The notes below the pieces were generated by a model. That model made no database searches and was not told where the DNA came from. It was given only the letters and a program-made list of their open reading frames with translations. A DNA stretch of 64,000 bases from a candidate division BRC1 bacterium HGW-BRC1-1 (GTDB lineage Bacteria; Sumerlaeota; Sumerlaeia; Sumerlaeales; Sumerlaeaceae), in assembly GCA_002842095.1 (NCBI GenBank), contig PHCB01000006.1, positions 206,044-270,043 on the forward strand, read 5' to 3'. Within the stretch, counting starts at the first letter, position 1. The number at the start of each line of letters is the position of its first letter. Shown here one piece after another: positions 1 to 9,819 of the stretch. The position numbers were made by a program, and so were the translations under genes.

Positions 1-179
1 ATGGGAAATACGTGATCGATGCAACCTTTGCGGTCCGCCTCGAAACGCTGACACCCCGGACGTTTTGAGACAGTCCGGCGCAGGGATCGATCCATCGGTT
101 AACAAGAACCCTTGCACCTCGGGCTTTGGGCGGGATGCTTCTGAATTTCTGCGTCTGAGCGTTTGCGCGGGGCTGTGCC

Positions 180-965
180 ATGAACTCACTCCTCACAAAA
201 TTTACCCTCGGCTTCTCCGCAACCGCGGTCTCTTTTCCGTGGTTGCCGGAGCAGTCATCGACGTATGCGCCGGGGATCGATGGATTGTTTTATCTGATCC
301 TCGGCATCTCGTTGTTCTTCATCGTACTGGTGCACGTGCTGATAGTTGTGTTCGTCTGGCGCTACCGTCAGCGGCAGGGGCGGCGGGCGTTTTATACGAG
401 CGGGAACCGGCGGCTCGAAGCTCTGTGGTTTTCCATCCCGGCGGTGATTCTGGTGGTGTTGGTGATCCTCAGTCAGTCGACGTGGTCGCGCATCAAGACG
501 GCGGCGGTGTGGCCCGCCGAAGCCCTCACGGTGGAGGTGCTGGCGGAACAATACGCCTGGAATTTCCGCTATGCGGGACCCGACGGCAAGTTCGGCGCCC
601 TCGACCCCGCGCTGATGGACCCTTACAATCCCTGGGGTCGCGTGGAGGATGACCCCGACGGGGCCGACGACGTGATGACCATCAACACCATGGCCATTCC
701 CGTGAACGAGCCGGTGCGCGTGCTGTTGCGCAGCAAGGATGTCATCCACAGTTTCTTCCTGCCCGATTTCCGCTACAAACACGACGCCGTGCCGGGGATG
801 ACGATGGAGTTCCATCTTGAGGCCACACGCCCGGGCGATTTTCCGCTGGCCTGCGCCGAGTTCTGCGGGCTTGGCCACTACCGCATGAAGGGAACCCTGC
901 ACGTGATGCCCCGCGCGGAATTTGACGCGTGGCTGACGGAGCAAGCCGAGGAAGGGCAACCATGA
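180..965 (+). CDS. coxB: Cytochrome c oxidase subunit II (CuA cupredoxin subunit, aa3-type)
   Basis: 261 aa with an N-terminal hydrophobic region. The C-terminal CuA motif HSFFLPDF...CAEFCGLGHYRMKG is present. Its TGA stop overlaps the ATG of subunit I (ATGA). Confidence 0.9.
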   Translation: MNSLLTKFTLGFSATAVSFPWLPEQSSTYAPGIDGLFYLILGISLFFIVLVHVLIVVFVWRYRQRQGRRAFYTSGNRRLEALWFSIPAVILVVLVILSQSTWSRIKTAAVWPAEALTVEVLAEQYAWNFRYAGPDGKFGALDPALMDPYNPWGRVEDDPDGADDVMTINTMAIPVNEPVRVLLRSKDVIHSFFLPDFRYKHDAVPGMTMEFHLEATRPGDFPLACAEFCGLGHYRMKGTLHVMPRAEFDAWLTEQAEEGQP

Positions 966-2752
966 TTTCATCGCAGGCAGACGCCACCACCGCCGACCGC
1001 TCTATCCCCGCCGCTCCTCGTCTGCGCGCGCCACGCCGCGCCTTGTGGCGCTACGTTTTCACCACCGATCATAAAATTGTCGCGTTGCAATATCTCTTCG
1101 GCACCCTGGCGTTTCTGTTTTTCGGCGCCTGTCTGGCCATGCTCATGCGGTGGCAGTTGGGCTGGCCCATGCAGCGCGTGCCGGGACTGGGACGCGTGTT
1201 GCCGGCGCTCTCGTCGCAGGGCGGCATCATCACGCCCGAGTTGTACTCCTCGGTCTTCTCGCTCCACGGCACTATCATGGTTTATTTCGTCGTCATCCCG
1301 CTGGCGGTAAACGCACTGGGCGGCTACCTCGTGCCGCTGATGGTGGGGGCTCGCAACATGACTTTCCCGCTGCTGAACGCCCTCAGCTTCTGGGCCTACG
1401 CGGTGGGCGGAACCATCCTGCTGGGCAGCATGTTCACCGAGGGCGGAGCGGCGGCGGCGGGCTGGACGGCCTACGCACCGCTGGCCGCGCTGGGCACGTC
1501 GGGACAGGACTGGTGGATCATCGCACTGCTGCTGGCCGGGGCATCGGGCATCATGAGTACGCTGTGCTACGTGACCACCATCGTGAACGGCCGCGCCGCA
1601 GGAATGACTTTGGGGCGTCTGCCGATGACGGCCTGGGCCATGCTGGCCACATCGGGCCTCACGCTGCTGGCGGTGCCGGCCCTCACTGTGGCGCTGCTGC
1701 TGCTACTGTTCGATCGCAATTTCGGCACGTCGTTTTTCATGCCCAGCAACATGATTGTCTCGGGCGAGCGCCTCGCGAACCCCGGCGGCGGGCAGCCGCT
1801 GCTGTGGCAGCATCTCTTTTGGTTCTACGCGCACCCGGCGGTTTACATCATGATCATGCCCGGCATGGGGATGGTCAGCGACATGCTGCCGGCGTTTGCG
1901 CGCAAACCGCTCTTCGGCTACAAGAGCACCGCCCTGGCGACATGCTCCATCGCCTTCCTGGGTTTCCTCGTGTGGGGGCATCACATGTTCCAGAGCGGCA
2001 TGAATCCGTACCTCGGCACCACGTTCATGATTTCCACCATGGCCATTGCCGCGCCCAGCGCGCTGGAGGTTTTCAACTGGCTGGCCACGCTGTGGCGCGG
2101 ATCGCTGCGGCTGGTCACGCCCATGCTTTTCATTCTGGGGTTCCTGTCGCTGTTTGTCATCGGCGGCCTGAGCGGCGTTTTCATGGCGTCGACGCCGGTC
2201 GATATTTATGTGCACGACACCTACTTCGTGGTGGCGCACCTGCACTACATTGTGTTTGGCGGCAGTATGTTCGCGATGTTCGCGGCCATCTATTTCTGGT
2301 TCCCCAAGATGTTTGGCGTGCTGCTGGGCGAGACCCTGGGCCGGTGGCATTTCGGGCTGACGTATGTGCTGTTCAACCTGACGTTTTTCCCCATGCACAT
2401 GCTGGGCGTGGGCGGCATGCAGCGGCGCATTTATGACCCCACGATTTTCCCGCACCTAGCGGCGATGCAGCCCGTGAACGTATGGATTTCCGTGAGTGCC
2501 TACGCGCTGTTTGTGGCGCAGTTGGTGTTCGCCTATAACTTTGTGCGGGGACTGTGGCGCGCGCACCAAGGCACGGGCCCGCGCGCAGGAGACAACCCGT
2601 GGGAGGCCAACACGCTGGAGTGGCAGACAACGTCACCGCCGCCCGAAGGAAATTTTGTGGAGCGACCCATCGTAGTGCGCGGCCCCCACGAATACGGCTC
2701 ACCCGAATGCGATGCCAAGGGCGTGGAACACCTGCCGCAGAATGTGGCGTGA
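962..2752 (+). CDS. ctaD: Cytochrome c oxidase subunit I (heme-copper oxidase catalytic subunit)
   Basis: About 597 aa and polytopic. The conserved motifs WFYAHPAVYIMIMPGMG, GHHMF and HDTYFVVAHLHY are present. I chose the start at ATG 962, overlapping the coxB stop, rather than the upstream in-frame extension that begins at 929. Confidence 0.9.
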   Translation: MISSQADATTADRSIPAAPRLRAPRRALWRYVFTTDHKIVALQYLFGTLAFLFFGACLAMLMRWQLGWPMQRVPGLGRVLPALSSQGGIITPELYSSVFSLHGTIMVYFVVIPLAVNALGGYLVPLMVGARNMTFPLLNALSFWAYAVGGTILLGSMFTEGGAAAAGWTAYAPLAALGTSGQDWWIIALLLAGASGIMSTLCYVTTIVNGRAAGMTLGRLPMTAWAMLATSGLTLLAVPALTVALLLLLFDRNFGTSFFMPSNMIVSGERLANPGGGQPLLWQHLFWFYAHPAVYIMIMPGMGMVSDMLPAFARKPLFGYKSTALATCSIAFLGFLVWGHHMFQSGMNPYLGTTFMISTMAIAAPSALEVFNWLATLWRGSLRLVTPMLFILGFLSLFVIGGLSGVFMASTPVDIYVHDTYFVVAHLHYIVFGGSMFAMFAAIYFWFPKMFGVLLGETLGRWHFGLTYVLFNLTFFPMHMLGVGGMQRRIYDPTIFPHLAAMQPVNVWISVSAYALFVAQLVFAYNFVRGLWRAHQGTGPRAGDNPWEANTLEWQTTSPPPEGNFVERPIVVRGPHEYGSPECDAKGVEHLPQNVA

Positions 2753-2782
2753 ACGTGAATCGCCCTTCTGACCCCGCCCGCC

Positions 2783-3694
2783 TTAACTGACCTTGTCGCC
2801 CACCAACAGCCCGAAGAGGACGATGAGATAGATGAGCGACGCGAAGAATGAGCGTCGCGCACGTGGTCGCTCCACTTTCAGAAACCAGGCGAAGGTGGCT
2901 GCCAGATAGAACATGCCCAGCAGGAATGCGCCCACCAGATAGAACGGTCCTGTCAGTCCCACCGCATAAGGAATGAAGCTCACAAAAATCATCCCGATGA
3001 GATAAATCACCGCCTGTCGCGCTGCGACCTGGCCACCGTAGTCGAGCACCGTCAGCAGCTTGAATCCGCCGCGCTGGTAGTCCTCGCGATACATGTATCC
3101 GATGGCCAGAGAGTGGGGCAACTGCCAGAGGAACATAATCGCAAACAGCACCATGGCGCCGTAGGTCACCTCGCCGCGGGCGGCGGCCCATCCGATGACC
3201 GGCGGCAGTGCGCCGGGCACAGCTCCCACCACCGTGCAGAGCGACGTGATGCGTTTCAGCGGCGTGTAAACGAAAACGTAGCTGACAAACGCCAACGCCC
3301 CCACTGCGGCAGCTACGGGGTTCACGGCGAGGGCCATGTAGGCCAGACCCACCATGGTCAGAATCATTCCCTGGGCGAAGGCCGCACCGGGGTTCATGCG
3401 TCCCGTGGGCAGGGGGCGGTTGCGCGTGCGTTCCATCAGGCCGTCGCGGTCGCGCTCGAGATACTGGTTCATGGCGCAACCACCGCCGGACATAATCCAC
3501 GTAGCTATAAACGTATTTACCAGAGCAAGCCAGTCGATGGAGCCAACCGTGCCGAGATAAAAACCGCCTGCGGTGGTGATGGCTGCCATGGTGGAAATGC
3601 GCGGTTTGGTGAGGGCAAGCATGTCCGAGACGCGGCTGATGGATTCGGCCGCTGCGACCGGATCCATTTGCTCCAGGGGGAGCGATTGCTTCAT
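2783..3694 (-). CDS. ctaB: Protoheme IX farnesyltransferase (heme O synthase, UbiA family)
   Basis: 303 aa and polytopic, with UbiA-prenyltransferase-like Asp-rich loops (NQYLERDRD). It lies beside the cox genes and heme A synthase, as is typical. Confidence 0.85.
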   Translation of the reverse strand: MKQSLPLEQMDPVAAAESISRVSDMLALTKPRISTMAAITTAGGFYLGTVGSIDWLALVNTFIATWIMSGGGCAMNQYLERDRDGLMERTRNRPLPTGRMNPGAAFAQGMILTMVGLAYMALAVNPVAAAVGALAFVSYVFVYTPLKRITSLCTVVGAVPGALPPVIGWAAARGEVTYGAMVLFAIMFLWQLPHSLAIGYMYREDYQRGGFKLLTVLDYGGQVAARQAVIYLIGMIFVSFIPYAVGLTGPFYLVGAFLLGMFYLAATFAWFLKVERPRARRSFFASLIYLIVLFGLLVGDKVS

Positions 3695-4713
3695 GCGGGG
3701 GCTTCTCCGGAAATCTGATTTGCGCCAGAGGAGTCCGTGTTGATGGTGACGGAGCGCGGAGCCACGTCGAGGATCTGAGAGGCGCGTAGGGCGATGTACA
3801 AGGTCAGCGCAAGAATGATCGCGCCCGTTACCACATGGGTGGTGGAAATCAGGATGTGGTGCATGGATGGCATTTGCGGTTCAAGCCGGGCGCGGTTGGC
3901 CCAGATGCTCCAGATGCCGAGGCTCACTTGCAGGATCAGCAGCAGGCCGGCGGCAGTGGAAAACCGGCGCAGCGGGGCGACGTCTTTGTATTCGCTCTGC
4001 ACCCGCGCAATCACCCAGCCGATGGCGACGACAACGAGAATGCCGCCGAGAATGTGCGACAACAGATGCCAGATGAAGGGTGCCTCGGGAATATCGCTGT
4101 GGCGCACACCGGCGCCCATGATCAACTGGAAGTAAACAATGGCCATCACGATTTTCGCGGTAAGCACCATCGAACGGTTGCCCGGGCGTTGGACGGAGAG
4201 GAGCGGAGTAGCATCGGATGAGGGCATCCAACTTCGACTGGTGAGCACCGCAATGGACAGCGTGAGGAGAAAAAACGCCTGGGCCAGACACGCGTGGACC
4301 ATGGAGACCCAAGGGGCGCGATAGGAATGGATGATCAGGCCACCGAACAGCGCCTGCGCCACCACGAGAACCACGGCCCACCAACCCAGCTTGCGCAGGA
4401 AGGGGCGCGACTCGCGCAACTGCATCCAGATGGCGAGGATGAGCGTCAACATGCCGGTGGTGGCGGCTATCACGCGGTGGGTGTCTTCATAGCGCAAACC
4501 GCCCACCCAGGTTTCGGCCTGGGGTATCCAGCTTCCGGCAAATTTCGGCCAGGTGGGGTCGCTGAGGGCGGCCTTGTTGCCCGTGATGAGCGCGCCCGCG
4601 CCGATGAGGATGAGCGTGAAAAGCGCGGTGAGCTTGGCAAAAGCCGCTAAACCGGGGTTGTACGAGAATGGCATCCGCAGACGCCGAGTCTTGGTGTTCG
4701 GAGAAGTTGCCAT
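3691..4713 (-). CDS. ctaA: Heme A synthase (CtaA/Cox15-like)
   Basis: Polytopic membrane protein with conserved His-containing helices (HACLAQAFF, HHILISTTHVVTG), immediately upstream of ctaB on the same strand. The automated ORF runs to 4896. I moved the start to the internal Met at 4713 (MATSPNTK...) because the upstream part covers an intergenic ATGGAC repeat. Confidence 0.7.
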   Translation of the reverse strand: MATSPNTKTRRLRMPFSYNPGLAAFAKLTALFTLILIGAGALITGNKAALSDPTWPKFAGSWIPQAETWVGGLRYEDTHRVIAATTGMLTLILAIWMQLRESRPFLRKLGWWAVVLVVAQALFGGLIIHSYRAPWVSMVHACLAQAFFLLTLSIAVLTSRSWMPSSDATPLLSVQRPGNRSMVLTAKIVMAIVYFQLIMGAGVRHSDIPEAPFIWHLLSHILGGILVVVAIGWVIARVQSEYKDVAPLRRFSTAAGLLLILQVSLGIWSIWANRARLEPQMPSMHHILISTTHVVTGAIILALTLYIALRASQILDVAPRSVTINTDSSGANQISGEAPA

Positions 4714-4825
4714 GGTTATGGGGGTCCGTGTGATGGTAAGTTCAGAAATTTGGAGACCTGTTGGGGACGGGTTTAGGTCGCGGAGGGTTTCAATGCAAGC
4801 AATAGGATTGTGGGTGGCGGGGGGG

Positions 4826-4870
4826 ATGGACAAAATGGACGAAATGGACTTTATGGACGATATGGACGGA
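4826..4870 (+). repeat. 9-bp periodic tandem repeat (ATGGAC-NNN)x5
   Basis: ATGGACaaaATGGACgaaATGGACtttATGGACgatATGGACgga, located between the SGNH hydrolase stop and the ctaA start. Confidence 0.85.
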
Positions 4871-4966
4871 AACTGTTGCCGCAAGGCTGTGTCCACTCGC
4901 GCAGGCAGATCTGCGACCGGCGCCCACGCCGGTTGCAGCCAGACGATTCGCTTAAAGTAAGCCGTT

Positions 4967-6550
4967 TTATTGGCTACTTTTTTTGGGGTACGCCACCACG
5001 GTTACGGTGGTCACATCGGCGCCGAGGTTGCTTAGGGGGCCTATGGCGGCGGCTTCCAGGCCTACTTCCAGCAGGTACTCGCCGGGTTCGTCGGGGGCGC
5101 GCAGTATGAGGGTGTTGGATGTGCTCTCGCCGGGCAGGAGATCGTGCGACAACTTACTGCTGGCGGCAGTGCCGGTGGTGGCCGCGCCCTCGGTGCGCCA
5201 GCGGCCGGTCACGGTTACGCTGCCGTAGTCCACGTTGGTGCGGTTGCCAAATTCTTCCACGCGATGATGACGCAGCCATGTGGTGTTGCCCGCGTTCTTC
5301 GCGATGACCGACACCGCCGTGTCAGCGCCCACCGTGGTTTCCAGTCGCGCATCGGCCACGGTCCAGGCGGCCAGTGGTTTGTCGCTGGCGGTCGTGTCGT
5401 AGCGCGCCGTTTTCACGATGCGGTCAAACTCTTCCTGCGTCAAATATCCCAAATGCCGCAGCACCCCCACCATTAGTCGAGCGGCCACGTTGTGCCCCGG
5501 CCCCGACAGATGCATGCCGTCGGCTTCGAACAAGCGGTTGCGGTCGCGAAATTCAAATGCTTCGTCCACGTCCAGCAGCATGGCTCCGGTGGCCGTGGCC
5601 GCAGCGCGCACCTGATTATTGTAAAGATTATGCAGGGCGGTCGGCGTGTTTTCGTCGGCTGCAAAACCTTCGTCGTGCAGATGACGGGTGTTTGCGGCCG
5701 TGAGGTTGGAGGGTTGTGTGGCGAGGATCGGCTGTGCCCCGGCGGCGCGCACGCTGGCCACCAGCGCCTCGAGATTTTCGGCGAATTGGTCGGGCCCCAC
5801 GCGAAGCGTACCGCTGGTTGTTCCGTCGGGGGGCGGATGCCATCGCGATCCCGCGGGTGCCGCGGCCATCTGGTACAGCCGCGACCAATTGAAAATCCTG
5901 TGGGCGGCTGCGGCAAAAAAGTTGCGTGCACCCAGTTCTTTGTCGGGCAGGTTCAGCGCCGGAAAATGATCGTTCCAACCGTAACTGATCAGCACCACAT
6001 CGGGATGCAGATGTTTCAGGCGACCCCACAGACGGCGGCCCTGTTCCGTGGTGTAGCCCGCCACGGAGGCGTTGATAACTTCCAGCGTGGTGGTGGTTTG
6101 GGCGCCGTTAGCCAGGCGCGCGGCAATGTCTGGAAAGACGCGGTAGGTGAGCGCGGAAACGGAATCACCCAGACAGAGCACGCGGATGGTTCCCTCTGGT
6201 TTTTTCTTCGCGGGCGCAACGTTGCCCAGCGTTCCGTCGGCGGATACAGGAATCCCGCCGAGGTTGGTGCCCGGTTCCAGACGCCACAGCAGATAGCGAT
6301 CCGCGGTGAAGGCGTCGGTGGCGAATCGGCGGTTCAACGCCATGGCACTGGCACGGCAGGTGGCGTTTTGCACCCCCATCGGAATGCGCGGTCGCGCAAA
6401 GCCAATGATGCGCAACGCCATCTCGGCGGCCATCAATGGCACTATCACCACCAGCAGCCAGAACACGATGCGTCGCACAATCAACATGCGACCCGTAACC
6501 CGGGGAGTGCGCATGCGTCGCTCGAGACGTTGGACAACTGGACTTGGCAT
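4967..6550 (-). CDS. SGNH/GDSL-family hydrolase with N-terminal TM anchor and C-terminal extra domain
   Basis: 527 aa with an N-terminal TM segment. A GDS block (RVLCLGDSVSA) and an SGNH block (LISYGWND) are present. Confidence 0.6.
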   Translation of the reverse strand: MPSPVVQRLERRMRTPRVTGRMLIVRRIVFWLLVVIVPLMAAEMALRIIGFARPRIPMGVQNATCRASAMALNRRFATDAFTADRYLLWRLEPGTNLGGIPVSADGTLGNVAPAKKKPEGTIRVLCLGDSVSALTYRVFPDIAARLANGAQTTTTLEVINASVAGYTTEQGRRLWGRLKHLHPDVVLISYGWNDHFPALNLPDKELGARNFFAAAAHRIFNWSRLYQMAAAPAGSRWHPPPDGTTSGTLRVGPDQFAENLEALVASVRAAGAQPILATQPSNLTAANTRHLHDEGFAADENTPTALHNLYNNQVRAAATATGAMLLDVDEAFEFRDRNRLFEADGMHLSGPGHNVAARLMVGVLRHLGYLTQEEFDRIVKTARYDTTASDKPLAAWTVADARLETTVGADTAVSVIAKNAGNTTWLRHHRVEEFGNRTNVDYGSVTVTGRWRTEGAATTGTAASSKLSHDLLPGESTSNTLILRAPDEPGEYLLEVGLEAAAIGPLSNLGADVTTVTVVAYPKKSSQ

Positions 6551-6630
6551 GAAGATCAGCTAAACTGCGGACGGGTTGCGCATGCAATGTTGAAAACCAA
6601 AGGTTCCGAAAAGGAGGCCAGCAATTCCCA

Positions 6631-8502
6631 TTGCGCGGGCGGGGTGAGGAACGGTTTATGGTGGGCATGATGCCACGTATCCCGGAGGGGCTTCGCGCCC
6701 GGCTGCCTGCTTTGGCGGCGCTATTGTTGGTGTCGGTCGTTGCTTTCAGTTTCGGGTTCGTGCCGCTGCGGGCCTCCCACGATGAATGGTGGCATCTGAA
6801 AACCGGCCAGTGGATTCTGGACCACCACCGCCTGCCGCTGAACGACATTTTCACCTACACCGGCGAGAACATCCGTTGGCACAATCACGAGTGGCTGTCG
6901 CAGATTCTCTTTTACAAAATTTACGAATGGGGTGACCGCCACGCCATTGGCGACCTGCGCGCGATGCTCACCTTCCGCGCGTTTGTGGTGGCGCTTACAT
7001 TTGCGCTGGTTGCGGTGGCGGCGCGCATCGCTTCGCGCAGTTGGGGCGTGGCGGCGCTGGTGGGTGTGGTCATGGCCGACATCTCCCGCCGGGCCATTTC
7101 TCCCCGTCCGCCCATCTTGTCATACCTCCTGTTCGCGGCGTTTCTCATCGTGCTCATGCAATGGAAGCGCGGGCGCCTGCGCGGACGATGGCTGTGGGCG
7201 CTGCCCGTGGTCTCGGTGTTGTGGGCCAATCTCCACGGCATGGTTTTGCTGGGCATTGCGGCCACCGGGGCGTATGCGGGTGGCGAGGTGCTGGAGTGGC
7301 TCGCAGCGCGCGTCGATGTGTGGTGGCGGAATCGTCGCAGTGCGGCGAGTTCCCCTGCTGCGGCATTTCCCTGGCGGCCCGTTTCACTGTTAAGTGGCGT
7401 GACACTGGCGTGCATCGCGGCGGCCACGATCAATCCCGCCGGGGCGGCGCTGTTCACCCTCAGCCGCAAGTTCATGACGGATCCGGTGCTTCAGCGCACC
7501 ATCGCCGAGATGCTCCCGACGCCTGGTTTAATACTTCGCTTCACCGACGCTGCCGGCATTCAGCAGTGGATGTTCAGCCCCATCAGCGTTTCATTCTGGG
7601 CGACGGTGGCATTGCTTGCCGTCTTGTTTCTTGTGAATCGAGGACGCCTGCGCTGCGGGGCGGATTACATCCTCACGGGGTTCTTCCTCAATCAGGCGGT
7701 CATGCACTGGCGTCTGCTGCCGCTATTCGGCATTGCGGCGGCAGGTTCCTTCGCTTATCTTATCCATGCAAGTTTGCTTCGCGCGGGGTTGTGGCGTCGC
7801 CCGCGAATGGGTGTGGCGATCTTCGCCGTGGCCTCTACGCTGGGGGCGGTGTATGTTTTCGCCGTGGGCGAGCCGCCGCCGCAAACCTTCGCCCGCCGCA
7901 ACGCGGACCTCTGGCGCGGCAAGACCCATGAGCCTTCCGATTACCCGGCCCCTATGATGCAGTTCATCGTCGACACGCAACTGCCCGACCGCATGTTCAG
8001 CGAGAGCAACTATTGCGGCTACGCCATCTGGCGGCTCAGCCCCGAGTACCACAAACTGTTCACCGACAACCGGTTCGATGTTTTCGGCAGCAAATTTTTC
8101 CGCCTGGAAACGGCGGTGTTGAACGCGCTACCGGCCGGTGTTGAGTTTATCGACGGCGAGCGCCTCGAAATGAGTTGGAGCGAGATTCTCGATCATTACG
8201 GCGTGAACTTCATAATGGTCAGTCGCGAGCAGAAGCTCAACCAGGCACTGCGCGATTCGCGGGCATGGCGGCTGATCTATTATTTTGCCCAACCGGATGA
8301 CCCACCCACATCGGGCTTCAATATCTGGTTGCGCAATGACCCTGCTTTCGCCGCAGTGGTCGAGCGTGCGCGGCGCAACTTCCGCACGCAAAACCCCATG
8401 AAGCAGCAACCCGATACCATGGCCCCCGAGCCAGTTACCACATCCACGGTCAGCGCGGATGCGTTTGAAACAACCGACACCCAAGGAAGTGATCATCCAT
8501 GA
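6631..8502 (+). CDS. Large polytopic membrane protein, possible GT-C-type glycosyltransferase
   Basis: 623 aa with more than 10 predicted TM helices. A luminal-loop motif HDEWWHLKTG follows the first TM helix, as in ArnT/PMT-like GT-C enzymes. The function is inferred from this alone. Confidence 0.45.
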   Translation: MRGRGEERFMVGMMPRIPEGLRARLPALAALLLVSVVAFSFGFVPLRASHDEWWHLKTGQWILDHHRLPLNDIFTYTGENIRWHNHEWLSQILFYKIYEWGDRHAIGDLRAMLTFRAFVVALTFALVAVAARIASRSWGVAALVGVVMADISRRAISPRPPILSYLLFAAFLIVLMQWKRGRLRGRWLWALPVVSVLWANLHGMVLLGIAATGAYAGGEVLEWLAARVDVWWRNRRSAASSPAAAFPWRPVSLLSGVTLACIAAATINPAGAALFTLSRKFMTDPVLQRTIAEMLPTPGLILRFTDAAGIQQWMFSPISVSFWATVALLAVLFLVNRGRLRCGADYILTGFFLNQAVMHWRLLPLFGIAAAGSFAYLIHASLLRAGLWRRPRMGVAIFAVASTLGAVYVFAVGEPPPQTFARRNADLWRGKTHEPSDYPAPMMQFIVDTQLPDRMFSESNYCGYAIWRLSPEYHKLFTDNRFDVFGSKFFRLETAVLNALPAGVEFIDGERLEMSWSEILDHYGVNFIMVSREQKLNQALRDSRAWRLIYYFAQPDDPPTSGFNIWLRNDPAFAAVVERARRNFRTQNPMKQQPDTMAPEPVTTSTVSADAFETTDTQGSDHP

Positions 8503-9734
8503 AAGAGATTCAACTCAACAAGGCCCTTTACAACGAGAAGGGCGCCCGTCCGGCTGGCGGAGCCAAGGATGGCACTCCTGCGGGGCCGCCGGTGCGCGAG
8601 CCGCGCGGATCGCTTTTCGCCCGACTCGGCGCGTTGCTTGTGGACCTGCTGTTACTGCATGGCGCGGCGATGGTTGTCGTGAAACTCACGCCCTCGGCCG
8701 TGGTCAAACTCGGCCCGCCCTCCGCATGGGTTGGTTTGCTGGTGGGCCTGATCTATTTTGCCGTGGGATACGGCCCCTCCACGGGCGGGCGCACACTGGG
8801 CAAGATGGTCGTGCGGTTGCGCGTGGCGGATCTCACCGGCCCGCCCATGCCCGCCTCCAGGGCGGCGCTGCGGGCGGTGTTGTTTCTCGCCCCGGCGGCC
8901 ATGTATCTTGCTGCCACGCAGATTGATGAATTCCAGTTTCGCCCCGATGCGCTGGCGGTTTTTCCCTTTTATGGATTGCTGGGATTGGCCTTCATGATTT
9001 CGTGGATTCTGGGCAACGCACTGTTTGCCATGGCCGATCCCCATGGACGCAGTTGGATCGATCGCTTTTGCGGTGCGGTGATCGTAACCACCGACGCGCC
9101 TGTGGAGGCGCAGGGGACGTTTGTGCGCTCTGCGCGGGAGGATGCAGACCCGGTGCGGTTGCGCAAATCGCGCATGTATCTGGGCGGGACGGTTATCACG
9201 CTTCTTATACTGGCGGGCTTCTGGCTGCATCTGAACAAGAAGATGCTGACGGAAAGTCCCGAGCGCATGCGCGAGGTTTGGATGGCCCGCAACACGGCGT
9301 TTCACGTGGCCGGGTTCCTGCCCCCCTACAAGATTCAGGATGAAGCCCCCCGGCGCGATGGCAAGGCGACCTCATCCAACGACGGGCAAACGAGCGTGGT
9401 GGTGTACCAATACTACGCGCGGCACGGCCTCGATGCGGCAGAACTGAAAACTCGTGAAGATGTGAACAACGCCGTGGATCGCGTGGCGGGTTGGTTCACC
9501 GACACGTCGAAATTCCTGGCCGAAGAACAGGGCCGGGAGGCGGAAAAGGCGCGGGCCGAAGGGAAGCCGGTTCCGGCGTTTCAGCCGCTGACGAGCGAGA
9601 AGTTTCGCATCCGCACCAGCTTCGCCGAGTACGCCGATTTGTTCTGGGCGTCGAACGCCCACGAAGTGCTGAGCCTGGAACGCATGGTGGATTTATCGGA
9701 CACAGGGACGACGACGGCCGCCCTGGCAGAGTGA
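8499..9734 (+). CDS. RDD-family membrane protein with C-terminal soluble domain
   Basis: The N-terminal region has an Arg/Asp-flanked TM segment typical of the RDD family (FARLGALLVDLLLL...GGRTLGKMVVRLRV). The start overlaps the previous gene's stop. Confidence 0.55.
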   Translation: MKEIQLNKALYNEKGARPAGGAKDGTPAGPPVREPRGSLFARLGALLVDLLLLHGAAMVVVKLTPSAVVKLGPPSAWVGLLVGLIYFAVGYGPSTGGRTLGKMVVRLRVADLTGPPMPASRAALRAVLFLAPAAMYLAATQIDEFQFRPDALAVFPFYGLLGLAFMISWILGNALFAMADPHGRSWIDRFCGAVIVTTDAPVEAQGTFVRSAREDADPVRLRKSRMYLGGTVITLLILAGFWLHLNKKMLTESPERMREVWMARNTAFHVAGFLPPYKIQDEAPRRDGKATSSNDGQTSVVVYQYYARHGLDAAELKTREDVNNAVDRVAGWFTDTSKFLAEEQGREAEKARAEGKPVPAFQPLTSEKFRIRTSFAEYADLFWASNAHEVLSLERMVDLSDTGTTTAALAE

Positions 9735-9751
9735 TGGACGAAATGGACGTT
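9734..9751 (+). repeat. ATGGAC-NNN repeat (2 units)
   Basis: ATGGACgaaATGGACgtt lies immediately after the RDD gene stop, in a convergent intergenic region. Confidence 0.6.
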
Positions 9752-9819
9752 AGGTAGGAGAGACCGTTGCAGCACTGTGATTCGTGAATCGGCCCACCGA
9801 ATCCTGCGCGACATCCCTC

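Noticed and set aside
65-652. 195-aa ORF overlapping coxB in another frame, and 1150..2436 inside ctaD
   Set aside because: They are out-of-frame overlaps of strongly conserved oxidase genes.
4714-4896. N-terminal extension of the ctaA ORF
   Set aside because: It is Ser/Ile-rich and low-complexity, and it runs through the intergenic ATGGAC repeat. An internal Met gives a normal CtaA length.
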